Positions 1 through 9,961 of a stretch of DNA of 25,829 nt are shown piece by piece; the stretch's first letter is position 1, and each line of letters opens with the position of its first letter. This DNA comes from Candidatus Hadarchaeota archaeon (lineage in GTDB: Archaea; CAYQAE01; CAYVLA01), in the NCBI GenBank assembly GCA_964452145.1, contig CAYVLA010000045.1:1-25829 (forward strand), written 5' to 3'. The notes under the pieces are model-generated. The model was not told the DNA's origin. It saw only the letters and a list, made by a program, of their open reading frames with translations, and did not search any database. The position numbers and the translations under genes were made by a program.

Positions 1-819
1 GTCGTTCCGATCAGCTCGGCCAAGTTACTCCGCACCGCCCTCCGTCTGCCGAACGTGAAGGCTGTAGTGTTGTCCGGGGGAGACGTTTCCACGTTCGCGG
101 CGATTGAGAGCTCGCTCATCCAGTTCTTCGAGGAGGGGGGCGGGTTGGTGGGTTTTCACGATCTTGGGAGGATTGATCACGCCGGGAAGATCGCCGAGAC
201 TGCCTTCCCATTGATGGCTAATTACAGCAGGATGGGATTGGTGAAAGATGGGAAGATGCAGTTCGAACTTCTCAGAAAGGATCTAATGGAGATAAACCAG
301 GAGGGCCCGCTGAGCTTTCAGCTCTTTGATTACGAGATAAACTTGGCCTGGAACTCTCAGGCAAAGTCGTGCGTGTACCGTGCCCCCTTGGAGGGCGAGC
401 ACTGGATTCTCTATCAGGATTCGAGATCCGGGGCCCCGGTCATTCTGGCGTACAGCAACGTTGGATCGTCCGTCATCTTTGCCAATGGCGATGTGTCGGA
501 TTTTGCCGAGGATAGATTCAGGTACTTCGGCAACTTCCTCTTCGATGTTAACTTCCTGAAACTGTTCTGCAACAGCGTGGTCTGGGCAAAGAACAGTGAG
601 ACTCGAACGGCGAACCTTGATCAGAGGCTCGCGGATATCAGGGCCAGAGAACATGAATTCGAGGAATTCGTACTGGAGACAGAACGCGAGGAAGGGGCAC
701 GTGAGATGAGAGGGTTGGCTCTGAGGATAGGCCTGACCTTGGCGGGGTTGGTCGGCATCGTTGTTTCCTACCTCCTTCTTGTGAGGCCATCTCGGAACAT
801 TGGTTCGCAGGGGGGCTAG
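1..819 (+). CDS. Family C membrane protein (C1), 5'-truncated: ThuA-like class I glutamine amidotransferase-like domain, charged helical stalk, C-terminal TM
   Basis: The frame is open from base 1 (VVPISSAKLLRTALRLPNVKAVVL aligns with INSTDCLAVALLYPNVKTAIL of C2). FFEEGGGLVGFHDLG is a ThuA-like strand motif. C-terminal hydrophobic IGLTLAGLVGIVVSYLLLV. Clear paralog of 13645-14646. Confidence 0.85.
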   Translation, partial: VVPISSAKLLRTALRLPNVKAVVLSGGDVSTFAAIESSLIQFFEEGGGLVGFHDLGRIDHAGKIAETAFPLMANYSRMGLVKDGKMQFELLRKDLMEINQEGPLSFQLFDYEINLAWNSQAKSCVYRAPLEGEHWILYQDSRSGAPVILAYSNVGSSVIFANGDVSDFAEDRFRYFGNFLFDVNFLKLFCNSVVWAKNSETRTANLDQRLADIRAREHEFEEFVLETEREEGAREMRGLALRIGLTLAGLVGIVVSYLLLVRPSRNIGSQGG

Positions 820-820
820 G

Positions 821-2104
821 TTGAGCGATGCTTTCAATGTGTTCAGGAGAGATCGTGGAGCGGCTCTCGCGACATGGCTGCTGTTTGCCCTGATCGCTCT
901 ACTTGTATGCCCCGAGGTGCGGAGCCAGGGTATATGTGATTACTACATCGATCTCATGATCTTTGGCAGGGGCTATGGGTATCGTTCCGCTTCATACATT
1001 CTTGATGATCCGATCATCAGGGTTGCCCTCGTTCCCATCGTCGGACAGGCCGAGAATCCGGAAAGCATTGCGAGAGCTACCAGGGTGTACTATCCAAGGA
1101 CCTACGCGACTCTGGCTCAAAGCGACGTTGTGCTGTTCGACGAGGCTCCCATCGCGTCCCCTAAGGGGTTCACGAACTTCTATCCCGAGATCCTAGGGTG
1201 GTTCAGGAAGATTGTCATTGAGGGCGGAAAAGCCGTGGCAATGTTCGGAGGAGACGCATCCTTCGGGGCGGGCGTGCAGGCAGACTACCCATCATGGGAA
1301 GACACACCGGTGGCGGAGGTTCTGCCCGTGAACATAATCCCGGGGGGTAACAAGAATGCGCCCGGCTGGCCGAGCGGAAATAATATCCTTCCGCTCAACA
1401 TCAAGTTCATCGACGATGTGATGGGTCTGTCCCGACTTCCTTGGGACACCGCGCCTAGTCCCAACTTCCCGCTCCCTCTGAACGCTGTTACGTTCAGGGA
1501 GGGTGCGGCCAGGGAGGCTGTAGGGGCTTGTCGGGGCGGTGAATGGCCGTTGATCGCTTTCTGGAAGATAGGTAACGGGAGAAGTCTGGCGTACACAGCG
1601 GTCTTCGGATCGGGAGGTAATCCCGTCATCCACACATGGCGATGGTATAGTGACTTCATATCTTACATGATATACAACTCAGCGGGAGTGCCGACCCCCG
1701 ACGATGTTAATCTGCCCCACGTGTTCAGGGAGAAGATGCGGACCTTTAGGGGCCTTAGAATTATTGCCTATTCCTCCCTTGATTTCGTCAACAAGCTGGG
1801 CGCAAACACTGCCAAACTCGAGCGTGAACTGGGCGAGCTGATCGGTCAGAAGAACGCCCTTACGCTAGTATACCTGCAAGGCGAATACGATGAAGCTGTG
1901 GATGGGGCCGAGGAGACACTCCAGAAGATGAGGGATGCTCTCGAGGATATTGGAGCTCTGGAGAAGAGGACAATGCTCTGGATCTATGTCACGGAGTGGT
2001 GCGTGGTGAGCGGCACGGCGGTGCTCACCGGATGGGTCGTCTACTTCTTGATGATCAGACGAACCTTGTACAGAGAGGTCAAGACGACGAGACTTGATCG
2101 ATAG
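821..2104 (+). CDS. Family A membrane protein (A1): signal peptide, GATase1-like (PF07090-type) domain, helical stalk, C-terminal TM and conserved tail
   Basis: ORF 800-2104; TTG at 821, just after the C1 stop and a G-run, is the preferred start. N-terminal hydrophobic stretch. EGGKAVAMFGGDASFG...WEDTPVAEVLPV matches the PF07090-type signature. C-terminus WIYVTEW...LMIRRTLYREVKTT. Paralog of the two minus-strand A genes. Confidence 0.85.
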   Translation: MSDAFNVFRRDRGAALATWLLFALIALLVCPEVRSQGICDYYIDLMIFGRGYGYRSASYILDDPIIRVALVPIVGQAENPESIARATRVYYPRTYATLAQSDVVLFDEAPIASPKGFTNFYPEILGWFRKIVIEGGKAVAMFGGDASFGAGVQADYPSWEDTPVAEVLPVNIIPGGNKNAPGWPSGNNILPLNIKFIDDVMGLSRLPWDTAPSPNFPLPLNAVTFREGAAREAVGACRGGEWPLIAFWKIGNGRSLAYTAVFGSGGNPVIHTWRWYSDFISYMIYNSAGVPTPDDVNLPHVFREKMRTFRGLRIIAYSSLDFVNKLGANTAKLERELGELIGQKNALTLVYLQGEYDEAVDGAEETLQKMRDALEDIGALEKRTMLWIYVTEWCVVSGTAVLTGWVVYFLMIRRTLYREVKTTRLDR

Positions 2105-2107
2105 GGG

Positions 2108-2950
2108 ATGTATGTGCAGCAAGGACACGGCCGCGGCCTGCTCGGAGTCACGATCATCGGGATGCTGATCGGATCTGTCGCGATGATGTATGTTCCGACC
2201 AAAGCCGCCGACTCGGTGGTTGTTCAGCAAAACGAGTTCCCAAGGAATCTGACTTCCCAGCCCGGGGTAGCTCACTACCAGTTCATCTTGGCGCTCTTCG
2301 CTAGGCGCTATGCCAAGCGTGTTGAAGTCAGGTACTCCTTCCTTGCGCTGGACACGCAGGTCAACTTGAGCCGCCTCAACATGGGTTCGGAGAGGTTCGG
2401 AGATCTATCCGACTCTATAGCTGACGTGGCTTGGCTCTTGGAGGTCACGAAGGATTACCCGGTGAAGCCCGAGGTGCTCGATGTCCGACTGTCACTGGAT
2501 GGCGAGGAACACGGTGCACGCATCTATGATTTCTCCGGGATCCTCCCGTCTTCTGTCGATCCCGCCGTATCGGAGGAGGCCCTCACTACACACATGGCCC
2601 TGTTTGGGGAAGATGGGAGGATCCTGAAATACTACAGCGGAATTTCGGATTTCGTTGACCAGGAGGGAACGCTGTTGGAGCTTGTGTCCGTAACGATCAC
2701 CCAGGGAACGCGGAGGGATGTGTACTACTCTGGCGAGGTTCCTAGCGGCGAGGATGCGAGGCCCATTGGAGAACGACCATTGATGGGGGTCGCGCGCTTT
2801 GACAAGGTCGATAGGGGTTCCACCGTAAGCGTGGTCTGCAATACCAAGTACGCAGGAGGAAGGAAGGTGGAGTGTCTTCAACTCATCCGGATCTACGTAG
2901 ATGGAAGAATCGACCGGCTAGTGGCTAACCCTATCACCGTTCTTGGCTAG
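2108..2950 (+). CDS. Family B membrane-anchored protein of unknown function (B1)
   Basis: Starts 3 nt after the A1 stop. N-terminal TM (LLGVTIIGMLIGSVAMMYV). Shares NxFP, IYDF, LTT, YxxGxSxF and LQxxRxYVD blocks with 14643-15476 and, more weakly, 24467-25306. Confidence 0.85.
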   Translation: MYVQQGHGRGLLGVTIIGMLIGSVAMMYVPTKAADSVVVQQNEFPRNLTSQPGVAHYQFILALFARRYAKRVEVRYSFLALDTQVNLSRLNMGSERFGDLSDSIADVAWLLEVTKDYPVKPEVLDVRLSLDGEEHGARIYDFSGILPSSVDPAVSEEALTTHMALFGEDGRILKYYSGISDFVDQEGTLLELVSVTITQGTRRDVYYSGEVPSGEDARPIGERPLMGVARFDKVDRGSTVSVVCNTKYAGGRKVECLQLIRIYVDGRIDRLVANPITVLG

Positions 2951-3537
2951 ATCTTTGGCAAGGCTTGAGAGCCCCAACTACGAACAAGCTCTTGTTTGAA
3001 CTGCATCCGGTTTTAGACTCGATGATAGGCGGCAGACTCTCATTTCTTGGGTATCAACTCTGAAAACGCTACTTGGTGCAGAATCCAAACAGAGCACAGT
3101 TGGGTCGGGGGGACTTCACAGGTTTGGCGCGTCCATCTGCTCGACATTCCGGAAATGCAGGAGCTTCCTCCGTGCTTTGAACAGGACAGGAGAGGGCACT
3201 GGATCTGGCTGAGTTCTCCTGCCTTCTATCTCTCCACCTTACTAGAGCCCAAGGTAGGCAAATGGGCAGCTCATTGCGGCACATGCAACTAGTCATGTTC
3301 CGGGCTGGGTCCGCTGGGTTCCGAAGACATGGGCGATGTCTGTGGCATGGGGGAGAGTTGTTCAGATATCATGGGGCAGAGCGACGACCGCGAGGTACCT
3401 CGGGCATGCGTCCTGACAGATGCGAGAATCTTTATGTGATGCTGAAGGACAGTTGCTTGGAGGCGTTCAACCTCCCATTACCTCGAACACGAGCGAGAAG
3501 ACTGCCAACCAATGAAGAAACCATTGGCCGAACGGAC

Positions 3538-5679
3538 TCACTGCGGATCTATGAGCATCATCGTTGTTGTGTTGGCCTCCATCTGTATCTCCAGTTCTCG
3601 TGAGGCATCGGCAATAGTACGGCCTTCGTACAGGTCGAAGACTCTGCTGACCCTCGGTAACCGGATTCTCTTCAGGCCTCCCGTTAGGGCGTAGACTCCC
3701 AGAAACCTTGAGCTCGCGTAGACGAGGTCGTTGGATTCGAGATAGTGGTGCACGCCCCTGTACTTGGCTAGTCCCCGGATTATCTCCGCCGGTACGGAGG
3801 GGGCCGAGCTGTAGGCTCGAAGGCTTCCATCTTCTTCCTCCTTCAGACACAAACCAGTCTTGTCGGTTCCCTCTATCCTTCCCAGCTCAACAACGTCGGG
3901 GTCATCGACATGGAAGATTGGCCCGATCTCCCGCTTCCTCGGGTAGTTCAGTGCCTGCGTTGCGTACTCTTCGTCAACTAGGGATCCGAAGATCGTAGCA
4001 GGTGCAACCGAGGACATGACGGGGTGATCCGACCTCACCGTTACGACCCGTATCACCATCTCCCTTACGAGCATACCCATCTCCATTCCTAGGAGTTCGG
4101 AGATCCCCGCGGTGCTGCATCCCTCCTCACTGAGGAAGCCTGGTGCGTAGATCCAGAGAGAGCCCTTGCCTTTCAATGTCCTTCTGATCCTCCTTCTGTC
4201 GCGGTCCTCCAGATAGAAAGCATTCGGCAAGACATAGAAGGCGTAGTTGGGCGAGAGGGAGTCAAGTAGAACCTCGTCGAATGGTGCACCGATTCTGGAG
4301 AGTTCTCTCTGCCTCTGAACCGGGAGAAGAGGTGAGGTCAGGTTTGAGAATGGCGTGAGGTAGTGGAAGCTTTCCTCATCAAGCACGACCGCGATCTGGC
4401 TCCCGTCCGACCTGATCGCACCTGCATCATCCAATGAATAGTAGATAGCCTGTAATCGACCCAATGCCCGAGTGATCGAGGGATGATGGAACCAGCCCTG
4501 ATCCATCAGATCCATCCACCACAGGCCAACCCCCTTGCTGAGAGAGTAGCAGAAGTCTCTCTTCAGGAGTTCGATGGTGTCCTTTGTCGTGGAGGGCCTT
4601 GTGATCTGGCTCATCCATTTCGTCCGCGGATCGGTCAGGAAGGTCTTCGTGTCGATTTCGTTGAAGTACATCTTTCCGCTGTCCCTCACCTCGTCCGCCA
4701 GCGTTTGTGGATAGTTGACTCCGCCAAGGCCCCGGTAGTCGTAGTGGTAGGGGCTGGCGACGAAATCGATGTAAGGAGATCGCAGAATCTTGCGCAGGCA
4801 AAGGTGACCCGCGTGCTGGGGGCACAGAGTCTCGCCGTGGGTCCAGAGGTATCCATAGAATACTCCGACCAGTCGCGATGAGGCAGTGGACTCTTTCGCA
4901 ACCCTGCAGAGGCCGATCATCGTCTCCGAAACGGCTTCCGAAAGACATCTGGAGTACTCGATGCTCCTCAGATCCCTGATCGGATCCCTGAAGGAGAACA
5001 AACCGGAACCCATCCTCTCGCTGGGCGAGGGAAGGCGGTCATCGATCCAGTCCGGATGCCTCTTGCCGAGCCATCGGGAGAATCGATGGGCCATTGGCTG
5101 GCTGTAGTCGCTGAGATGCCCTCGATTGTGGACGTTCCATTCGACCCACTCAGTGGAGACCCCTCCTCCTATGTGATACCCGATGATCCGCCCCGGGTAG
5201 CTGGATTCCATGAATTGGATGTATGCCTTCAGAGCCCGGCTCGCCTTCTCTCTCCAGACCTCCGAGGCAAATGAGTGCCCGGAGGAAGCTTTCACCAGGA
5301 TGCCATCGTCGCTCACGTAGCCCGCCCTGTCGTTGGACAGTCTTGACAGTTCCCCCGGATACTGCGCGGCGAACCATCCTGCCTCCACGTATCCAAAGGC
5401 GATCCTGGGCATCAGGAGGGCATCGGGATCCCTTTCGAAGATCATATCTGCCAGGCACTTCGTCTCCCCGAAGTCGTAAGTGTCAGGCCCCGTCCAGAAC
5501 TTGCCGGCCGTCAAAGCTTTCCTTGAGAGGGGCGAGGTGTAGATGCGTATTCCCGCATCCCGAAAGTCGGGTAGGTAGCGTGGCCGGACATACGCGAGAA
5601 TCGGGGGCACCCGCTTCCCATCGATGTAAAGGGTCGGGAGCCCCCGGCGCTTCTTGATCTCAGCCTCCGAGTCTTGCAC
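3538..5679 (-). CDS. GH42-like (clan GH-A) glycoside hydrolase / beta-galactosidase-like protein
   Basis: 713-aa ORF. WTGPDTYDF, IIGYHIGGGVSTEW (candidate acid/base Glu), SPYIDFVASPYHY and FNEIDTKT (candidate nucleophile). C-terminal QIAVVLDEES...LWIYAPG resembles the GH42 trimerisation domain. No signal peptide. Confidence 0.75.
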   Translation of the reverse strand: MQDSEAEIKKRRGLPTLYIDGKRVPPILAYVRPRYLPDFRDAGIRIYTSPLSRKALTAGKFWTGPDTYDFGETKCLADMIFERDPDALLMPRIAFGYVEAGWFAAQYPGELSRLSNDRAGYVSDDGILVKASSGHSFASEVWREKASRALKAYIQFMESSYPGRIIGYHIGGGVSTEWVEWNVHNRGHLSDYSQPMAHRFSRWLGKRHPDWIDDRLPSPSERMGSGLFSFRDPIRDLRSIEYSRCLSEAVSETMIGLCRVAKESTASSRLVGVFYGYLWTHGETLCPQHAGHLCLRKILRSPYIDFVASPYHYDYRGLGGVNYPQTLADEVRDSGKMYFNEIDTKTFLTDPRTKWMSQITRPSTTKDTIELLKRDFCYSLSKGVGLWWMDLMDQGWFHHPSITRALGRLQAIYYSLDDAGAIRSDGSQIAVVLDEESFHYLTPFSNLTSPLLPVQRQRELSRIGAPFDEVLLDSLSPNYAFYVLPNAFYLEDRDRRRIRRTLKGKGSLWIYAPGFLSEEGCSTAGISELLGMEMGMLVREMVIRVVTVRSDHPVMSSVAPATIFGSLVDEEYATQALNYPRKREIGPIFHVDDPDVVELGRIEGTDKTGLCLKEEEDGSLRAYSSAPSVPAEIIRGLAKYRGVHHYLESNDLVYASSRFLGVYALTGGLKRIRLPRVSRVFDLYEGRTIADASRELEIQMEANTTTMMLIDPQ

Positions 5680-5786
5680 CCCCGATCCGGATCATGCATC
5701 TCTTCCCGTGAATCAGGATCGATGCGATATCGAGCCTGAAAGACGTATTCAACGTTGCATGAGCAGCGATGGCCAGGTCCGTCTTC

Positions 5787-7163
5787 TCACCCCGTGTTCC
5801 TCCTCGGCGGATATCTTTCGGCATCCTGGAGGATTGCGTCGATGGGGTCCGTGATGACGTTACCCTTGGACTTCTGCACCTGAATCCACTCAGACATGTG
5901 TGAGTCGCACTCTTGGATGATCCCGGGAGACGACTCCGAGATGTCCACGGTCTGGTAGGGATCCCTGGCAATATCGTAGAGTTCGCGAGGTCTGAACGCG
6001 AACTGGAATGGATGATAAGTCCTGATCATCAGATGTGTTCTCGTCCTCACCGCCCGCTGCACTGCATAGAGACCGTGGTCCCAGACTAGATAGGGATGGC
6101 CCACCTTGTTCAAGCCCGTTCTTAAGTTCTGAGCAAAGCTTACTCCGTCCCAGTCCCCAGGGATCTCAAATCCCAGAAGGTCGCAAAGGGTCGCGGCCAA
6201 GTCGACGTTGTATAGAAGCGAGTCGCAGCTTCGGTCCTCCGGCGTAACCCCGGGCCAACGGACTATGAGCGGGATGTGATGGATACACTCGTCCGCACAG
6301 ACGTGATCAGAGTAGACACCGTGCTCGCCGAAGGCGTCACCATGATCCCCGGAGATCATTATGACAGCATCCTCGAGGACTTTCTGGCGATCGAGCTCCT
6401 CCAGGACCATTCCAACACGGTCGTCTGTGTAGGCGATTGCCGCGTCATATCCATTGACCAGGTGTTCGAAGTCCCTTCTGTTTGAGATCGAACCGGGCAT
6501 GAGAGGTACCTTGCTGACACCGTTCTGGAACTGCCTCTGGGCAGTGAAAGGCCCATCTAGGGACTGATGCCCTTGGATCGTTTTCTCGTCGGGCCAGGGT
6601 TGAACCGGATGGCCTTCGAACCTCTCCGCCCATGAAGGATCCATCTTGTAGATTCTGTGGATGTCCCAGTAGTTGATGTGGAGCAGATAGTCCTCCCTCT
6701 GGGCATTATGCTTCAGCCAGTGCATGAGCGGTTCGTTCACCTCGTCGGCCGTTTCGTTGCCACCCTTCAGATTGGGTGTGTGGAACTCCGACCAGCCGCA
6801 TGTGAACCACCACGCGTTGTGGCGATCGGCGAAGTTGGTGAAGCTTATGGTGTCCACCCCATTCGCCCTAAGCTGCCGCACAAGCATGGTGTTTTCCGGC
6901 TGAGGACCACCGTAGGGACGCGTCCTGATGCGAAACTGGGCACCCTCGCCGACATTGGAGATAACCCCATTCCTGATGCCAAAGCGTCCCGAGAAGAGAC
7001 AGGCCCTCGACGGGAGACATGGGGAGCTTGCAGCATAATAGTGGTTGAACCTTACGCCTTCACGGGCTATTCCGTCAATGTTCGGGGATGTGGGACGGGG
7101 ACATCCGTAGCAACCCAAGTGGTCGGGTCTCAGGCAATCCAGGTCGAAGAACACTATGCGCAT
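5787..7163 (-). CDS. Formylglycine-dependent sulfatase (S1), Cys-type
   Basis: FFDLDCLRPDHLGCYG N-terminus, CLPSR (CxPxR) motif, GDHG metal motif, ELYD...DPYQ C-terminal motif. Start moved to ATG 7163, which has GAGGTGA upstream. Confidence 0.93.
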   Translation of the reverse strand: MRIVFFDLDCLRPDHLGCYGCPRPTSPNIDGIAREGVRFNHYYAASSPCLPSRACLFSGRFGIRNGVISNVGEGAQFRIRTRPYGGPQPENTMLVRQLRANGVDTISFTNFADRHNAWWFTCGWSEFHTPNLKGGNETADEVNEPLMHWLKHNAQREDYLLHINYWDIHRIYKMDPSWAERFEGHPVQPWPDEKTIQGHQSLDGPFTAQRQFQNGVSKVPLMPGSISNRRDFEHLVNGYDAAIAYTDDRVGMVLEELDRQKVLEDAVIMISGDHGDAFGEHGVYSDHVCADECIHHIPLIVRWPGVTPEDRSCDSLLYNVDLAATLCDLLGFEIPGDWDGVSFAQNLRTGLNKVGHPYLVWDHGLYAVQRAVRTRTHLMIRTYHPFQFAFRPRELYDIARDPYQTVDISESSPGIIQECDSHMSEWIQVQKSKGNVITDPIDAILQDAERYPPRRNTG

Positions 7164-7255
7164 ACAGATCACCTCACTCGGTCTGGTCCGCTGTCGGCCC
7201 GGCTGGCAGATCACCGGGGGGTGGTAAAAGTCTTATGCATTCGGCCTGCCTCAAG

Positions 7256-8689
7256 TCAAGAGAGGGTTCTGCCCCTCATCTTGCGCAGCCTCGATCGTTC
7301 GGCCCTCTCCCTCTGAGAGGTCATGAACCCGGCGATCGCCTCGGGTGATCTCCGGTCGAAGGCGGTCAAAGCAGGATCACCCGTTCTCTGCATCTTGGCG
7401 AGGAGAATGTGCCTGAACCGCTCGATCTCTTCCTCGTAGGAGGGATCGCCTATGAGGTTGTTAAGTCCGTTGGGATCGTTCCTAAAATCATAGAATTCCT
7501 CGGGCACTCGGTACCGAAAGAGCCTGACCCTTGCCTCAATGTTCTCGTCCTGTCCCGCCGCCGCTAGCATCGCCTTGAAACTCAGGCCGCTCTGGGATTC
7601 GTTCAGGAAGATCGTCTTCCCATCCGACCAGAAGTTGAAGATGTACCCGAATCTGGTGCTCTGCACGCAACGCATGGGATACCGTCGGTTTGCAGCCGTC
7701 TCGTGGAACTCGGTGAAGACGAAATCCCTTTCCACCCGATCCTCGCCTCGTAGGAGAGGGATCATCGACCGACCATCCATGCCGTCGACCTGAGGAAGTT
7801 CTGCAGCCTCAAGAATGGTTGGCATATAGTCTATCGCCGAGATCATGTGAGACCGATCCACTCGTCCCTCCTTGATCTGTCCCGGCCATCGCACCACCCA
7901 CGGGGTCTTGGTGCTGGCCAGGTAACAGTTGGTCTTTGCGAAGGGAAAGGCCATTCCGTTGTCGCTTATGAACATGACCATGGTGTCATCCGACAGGCCA
8001 GTGTCATCCAGAGCCTGCAGAACCATCCCAACGGTCTCATCGCACCTGTGGACAGATGTGTAGTACTCAGCTATCTCCCTGCGTACGTCCGGGATGTCGG
8101 GAAGGAAGCCTGGGACCTCCACCTCTCCGGGGTCTATGACTCGGCTGAAGGCAGGTCGGTCTGCTCCCCACCTCTCCCTTTCCTGATCGCTGCCGGCAAA
8201 GGGACGGTGGGGATCATGGGAGTTGGCCATGAGGAAGAAGGGTCTGCCTTCCTTCCGCGCCCTCCTGAAGAACTGACAACAGCACCTGTGGTAGAGCTGG
8301 GGATCCCTTCCCCGTCCCAACTGCTGTGCTGGAATGAAATAATCCCAGCAGAACTTCTCAACCGGTGCCAGATGGCTCTCCTTGCCCAAGATCCCATTCA
8401 GGTATCCCCCCTCATGCAGCTGCTCCTGCAGAGTTGGGACATCGCTCCTGACCGGCTCAAAGCCCTCCCCGCCATTCCGGTAAGGATAACGGCCCGTCAT
8501 CAGGACCTCCCTACTCGGCATGCAGACAGCAATCGTGACATGGGCGTTGGTGAAGGTCATCCCCTCTCTGGCAAGGCCGTCGATGTTCGGCGTGATTCCG
8601 GGGGTGATCGAACCAAAGGCACCGGGAGAGTCGTAGTTCATGTCATCTGCGGTGATGAAGAGCACGTTGAGACCTCTTGAGGCTGCCAT
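7256..8689 (-). CDS. Sulfatase, N-sulfoglucosamine sulfohydrolase (sulfamidase)-like, Cys-type
   Basis: NVLFITADD, CMPSR, DPHRPF, VPGFLPDIPDVR, SDNGMAFPFAKTNCY; the latter blocks are typical of SGSH-like sulfatases. Start ATG 8689 with GGTGA upstream (alternative GTG 8698). Confidence 0.9.
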   Translation of the reverse strand: MAASRGLNVLFITADDMNYDSPGAFGSITPGITPNIDGLAREGMTFTNAHVTIAVCMPSREVLMTGRYPYRNGGEGFEPVRSDVPTLQEQLHEGGYLNGILGKESHLAPVEKFCWDYFIPAQQLGRGRDPQLYHRCCCQFFRRARKEGRPFFLMANSHDPHRPFAGSDQERERWGADRPAFSRVIDPGEVEVPGFLPDIPDVRREIAEYYTSVHRCDETVGMVLQALDDTGLSDDTMVMFISDNGMAFPFAKTNCYLASTKTPWVVRWPGQIKEGRVDRSHMISAIDYMPTILEAAELPQVDGMDGRSMIPLLRGEDRVERDFVFTEFHETAANRRYPMRCVQSTRFGYIFNFWSDGKTIFLNESQSGLSFKAMLAAAGQDENIEARVRLFRYRVPEEFYDFRNDPNGLNNLIGDPSYEEEIERFRHILLAKMQRTGDPALTAFDRRSPEAIAGFMTSQRERAERSRLRKMRGRTLS

Positions 8690-8730
8690 GCCAGTCACCG
8701 TCTCTCATCACGATCCTGGAGATCGTCATC

Positions 8731-9477
8731 CTAGGCTATCTTCCCCTCAGGATACCTGTCCAGTATCTCTGGGTCGTGGCCTGGAATCACTATATCGGCC
8801 GCGTCCTTGAGTAGGTTCATCGACCAGATGCGCTCCTCCATCCTCCTCCCCACCCCTATCGGAATCCCAAGATCCAGGTTCTTGTACAGGAAGATGGAAT
8901 CGCTCGCAAAGACAACCGATCCCCTTTCCGTGTCAACCACATAGGCCTGGCTGCTGATTGTATGGCCTCCGGCCCAGAAGGTGTGTATCCCGGGAAGTAT
9001 CTCCCCTTCCTCCACCGGCATGACTCGATCTCTCACCCCGAGCAGGTAATCGATGAAATCCCTGTCGGCATCGATGGGTTTGTCCCTCTTCGGATCCGTG
9101 GCTGCATCGAAGCCCCTTCTCGACACCACTATCTTGGCATCGGGGAAGAGGTCGACGTTGCTGCAATGATCATAGTGGAAGTGGGTTATGAAGACGTAGT
9201 CCACTTCCTCGGGCGTCAGCCCAGCCCTCCGAACTATGGCCTCAGTTCTCTCCTCGGGAGCTTGAACTATCGGCTCAACCAGTATGTACTTGACCATCTG
9301 ATTCATCTTGTCCATATCCTTTGGACCGGTATCGATGACGATGTTGTTTCCCCCGCCGCTGAGCACCCACACATACATGTAGAACTTGTAGAGCCCCTCC
9401 GGATCGTAGTCCTTGAATGCCGAGCGCCCCTTGAGGACGCATTCACCGTTCTTGAATCCCTGCACGCTGTAATGCAT
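8731..9477 (-). CDS. Metallo-beta-lactamase-fold hydrolase, N-acyl homoserine lactonase (AiiA/AttM)-like family
   Basis: IVIDTG, THFHYDH (HxHxDH), GGHT, ASD and IPGHDP metal-ligand motifs in the expected order. Confidence 0.9.
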   Translation of the reverse strand: MHYSVQGFKNGECVLKGRSAFKDYDPEGLYKFYMYVWVLSGGGNNIVIDTGPKDMDKMNQMVKYILVEPIVQAPEERTEAIVRRAGLTPEEVDYVFITHFHYDHCSNVDLFPDAKIVVSRRGFDAATDPKRDKPIDADRDFIDYLLGVRDRVMPVEEGEILPGIHTFWAGGHTISSQAYVVDTERGSVVFASDSIFLYKNLDLGIPIGVGRRMEERIWSMNLLKDAADIVIPGHDPEILDRYPEGKIA

Positions 9478-9497
9478 GGCACTTCCGGGTAAAGGTG

Positions 9498-9514
9498 CTT
9501 ATCAAATATTTCCC
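9498..9514 (-). promoter_or_regulatory. Archaeal-type BRE/TATA-like promoter for a probably leaderless MBL-hydrolase transcript
   Basis: The minus strand reads GGGAAATATTTGATAAG, ending 20 nt before ATG 9477. No RBS in between. Confidence 0.55.
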
Positions 9515-9961
9515 TCTTTGGTCGGCCTCTTCCCTCTTCGGCTCCCTGATCCAGCTCCCGGAGACACCAACAATCGCTGAGAGGAATCCCCGGCACTGAG
9601 TCAGATAGTGGGTAGCTGTTTCATATTACCTCGGGCAGATGCCTCTGTGAGAACCTCTCAACCAGGGGCTCGGAAATGCGCCGGCTCTCCGGTTCTTCTC
9701 CTTCTTGGCAGCGTGATAAAGCGTTATCTTATCGTCTTGGCCACACCGATCATGGATTCAAGACGGACTGCGAGTAACCCACCGGCATGTCTGAACTACC
9801 TGCCGAGATCCATCCCGCCAGTCTTGACGTCGTCATCGGGGGTTGCCGAGGACCCCTTAGAGCTGCCAGACCGACCTGCCTAGTGCATTGCGCATCTGCA
9901 TTATGCCTCCGCCATGTCTTGCTGCTCGATGATCAACCCGATACTGGCTCGGCTGGCTGTG

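Noticed and set aside
2951..3537. Short ORFs and small palindromes (CGAGGTACCTCG, AGACAT/ATGTCT) between B1 and the GH42-like gene
   Set aside because: No recognisable protein, RNA or repeat family. No C-family remnant was seen after B1.
7847..8680. Long antisense ORFs (also 6657-7316, 12827-13648, 13471-14259, 20559-21251, 22497-23315)
   Set aside because: Shadows of well-supported genes in GC-rich DNA, with no recognisable motifs.
9520..9960. GATAA-N4-TTATC palindrome at 9715-9728 and a 7-codon ORF; possible riboswitch or ncRNA
   Set aside because: Single occurrence and no recognisable RNA consensus. It would need an Rfam search.
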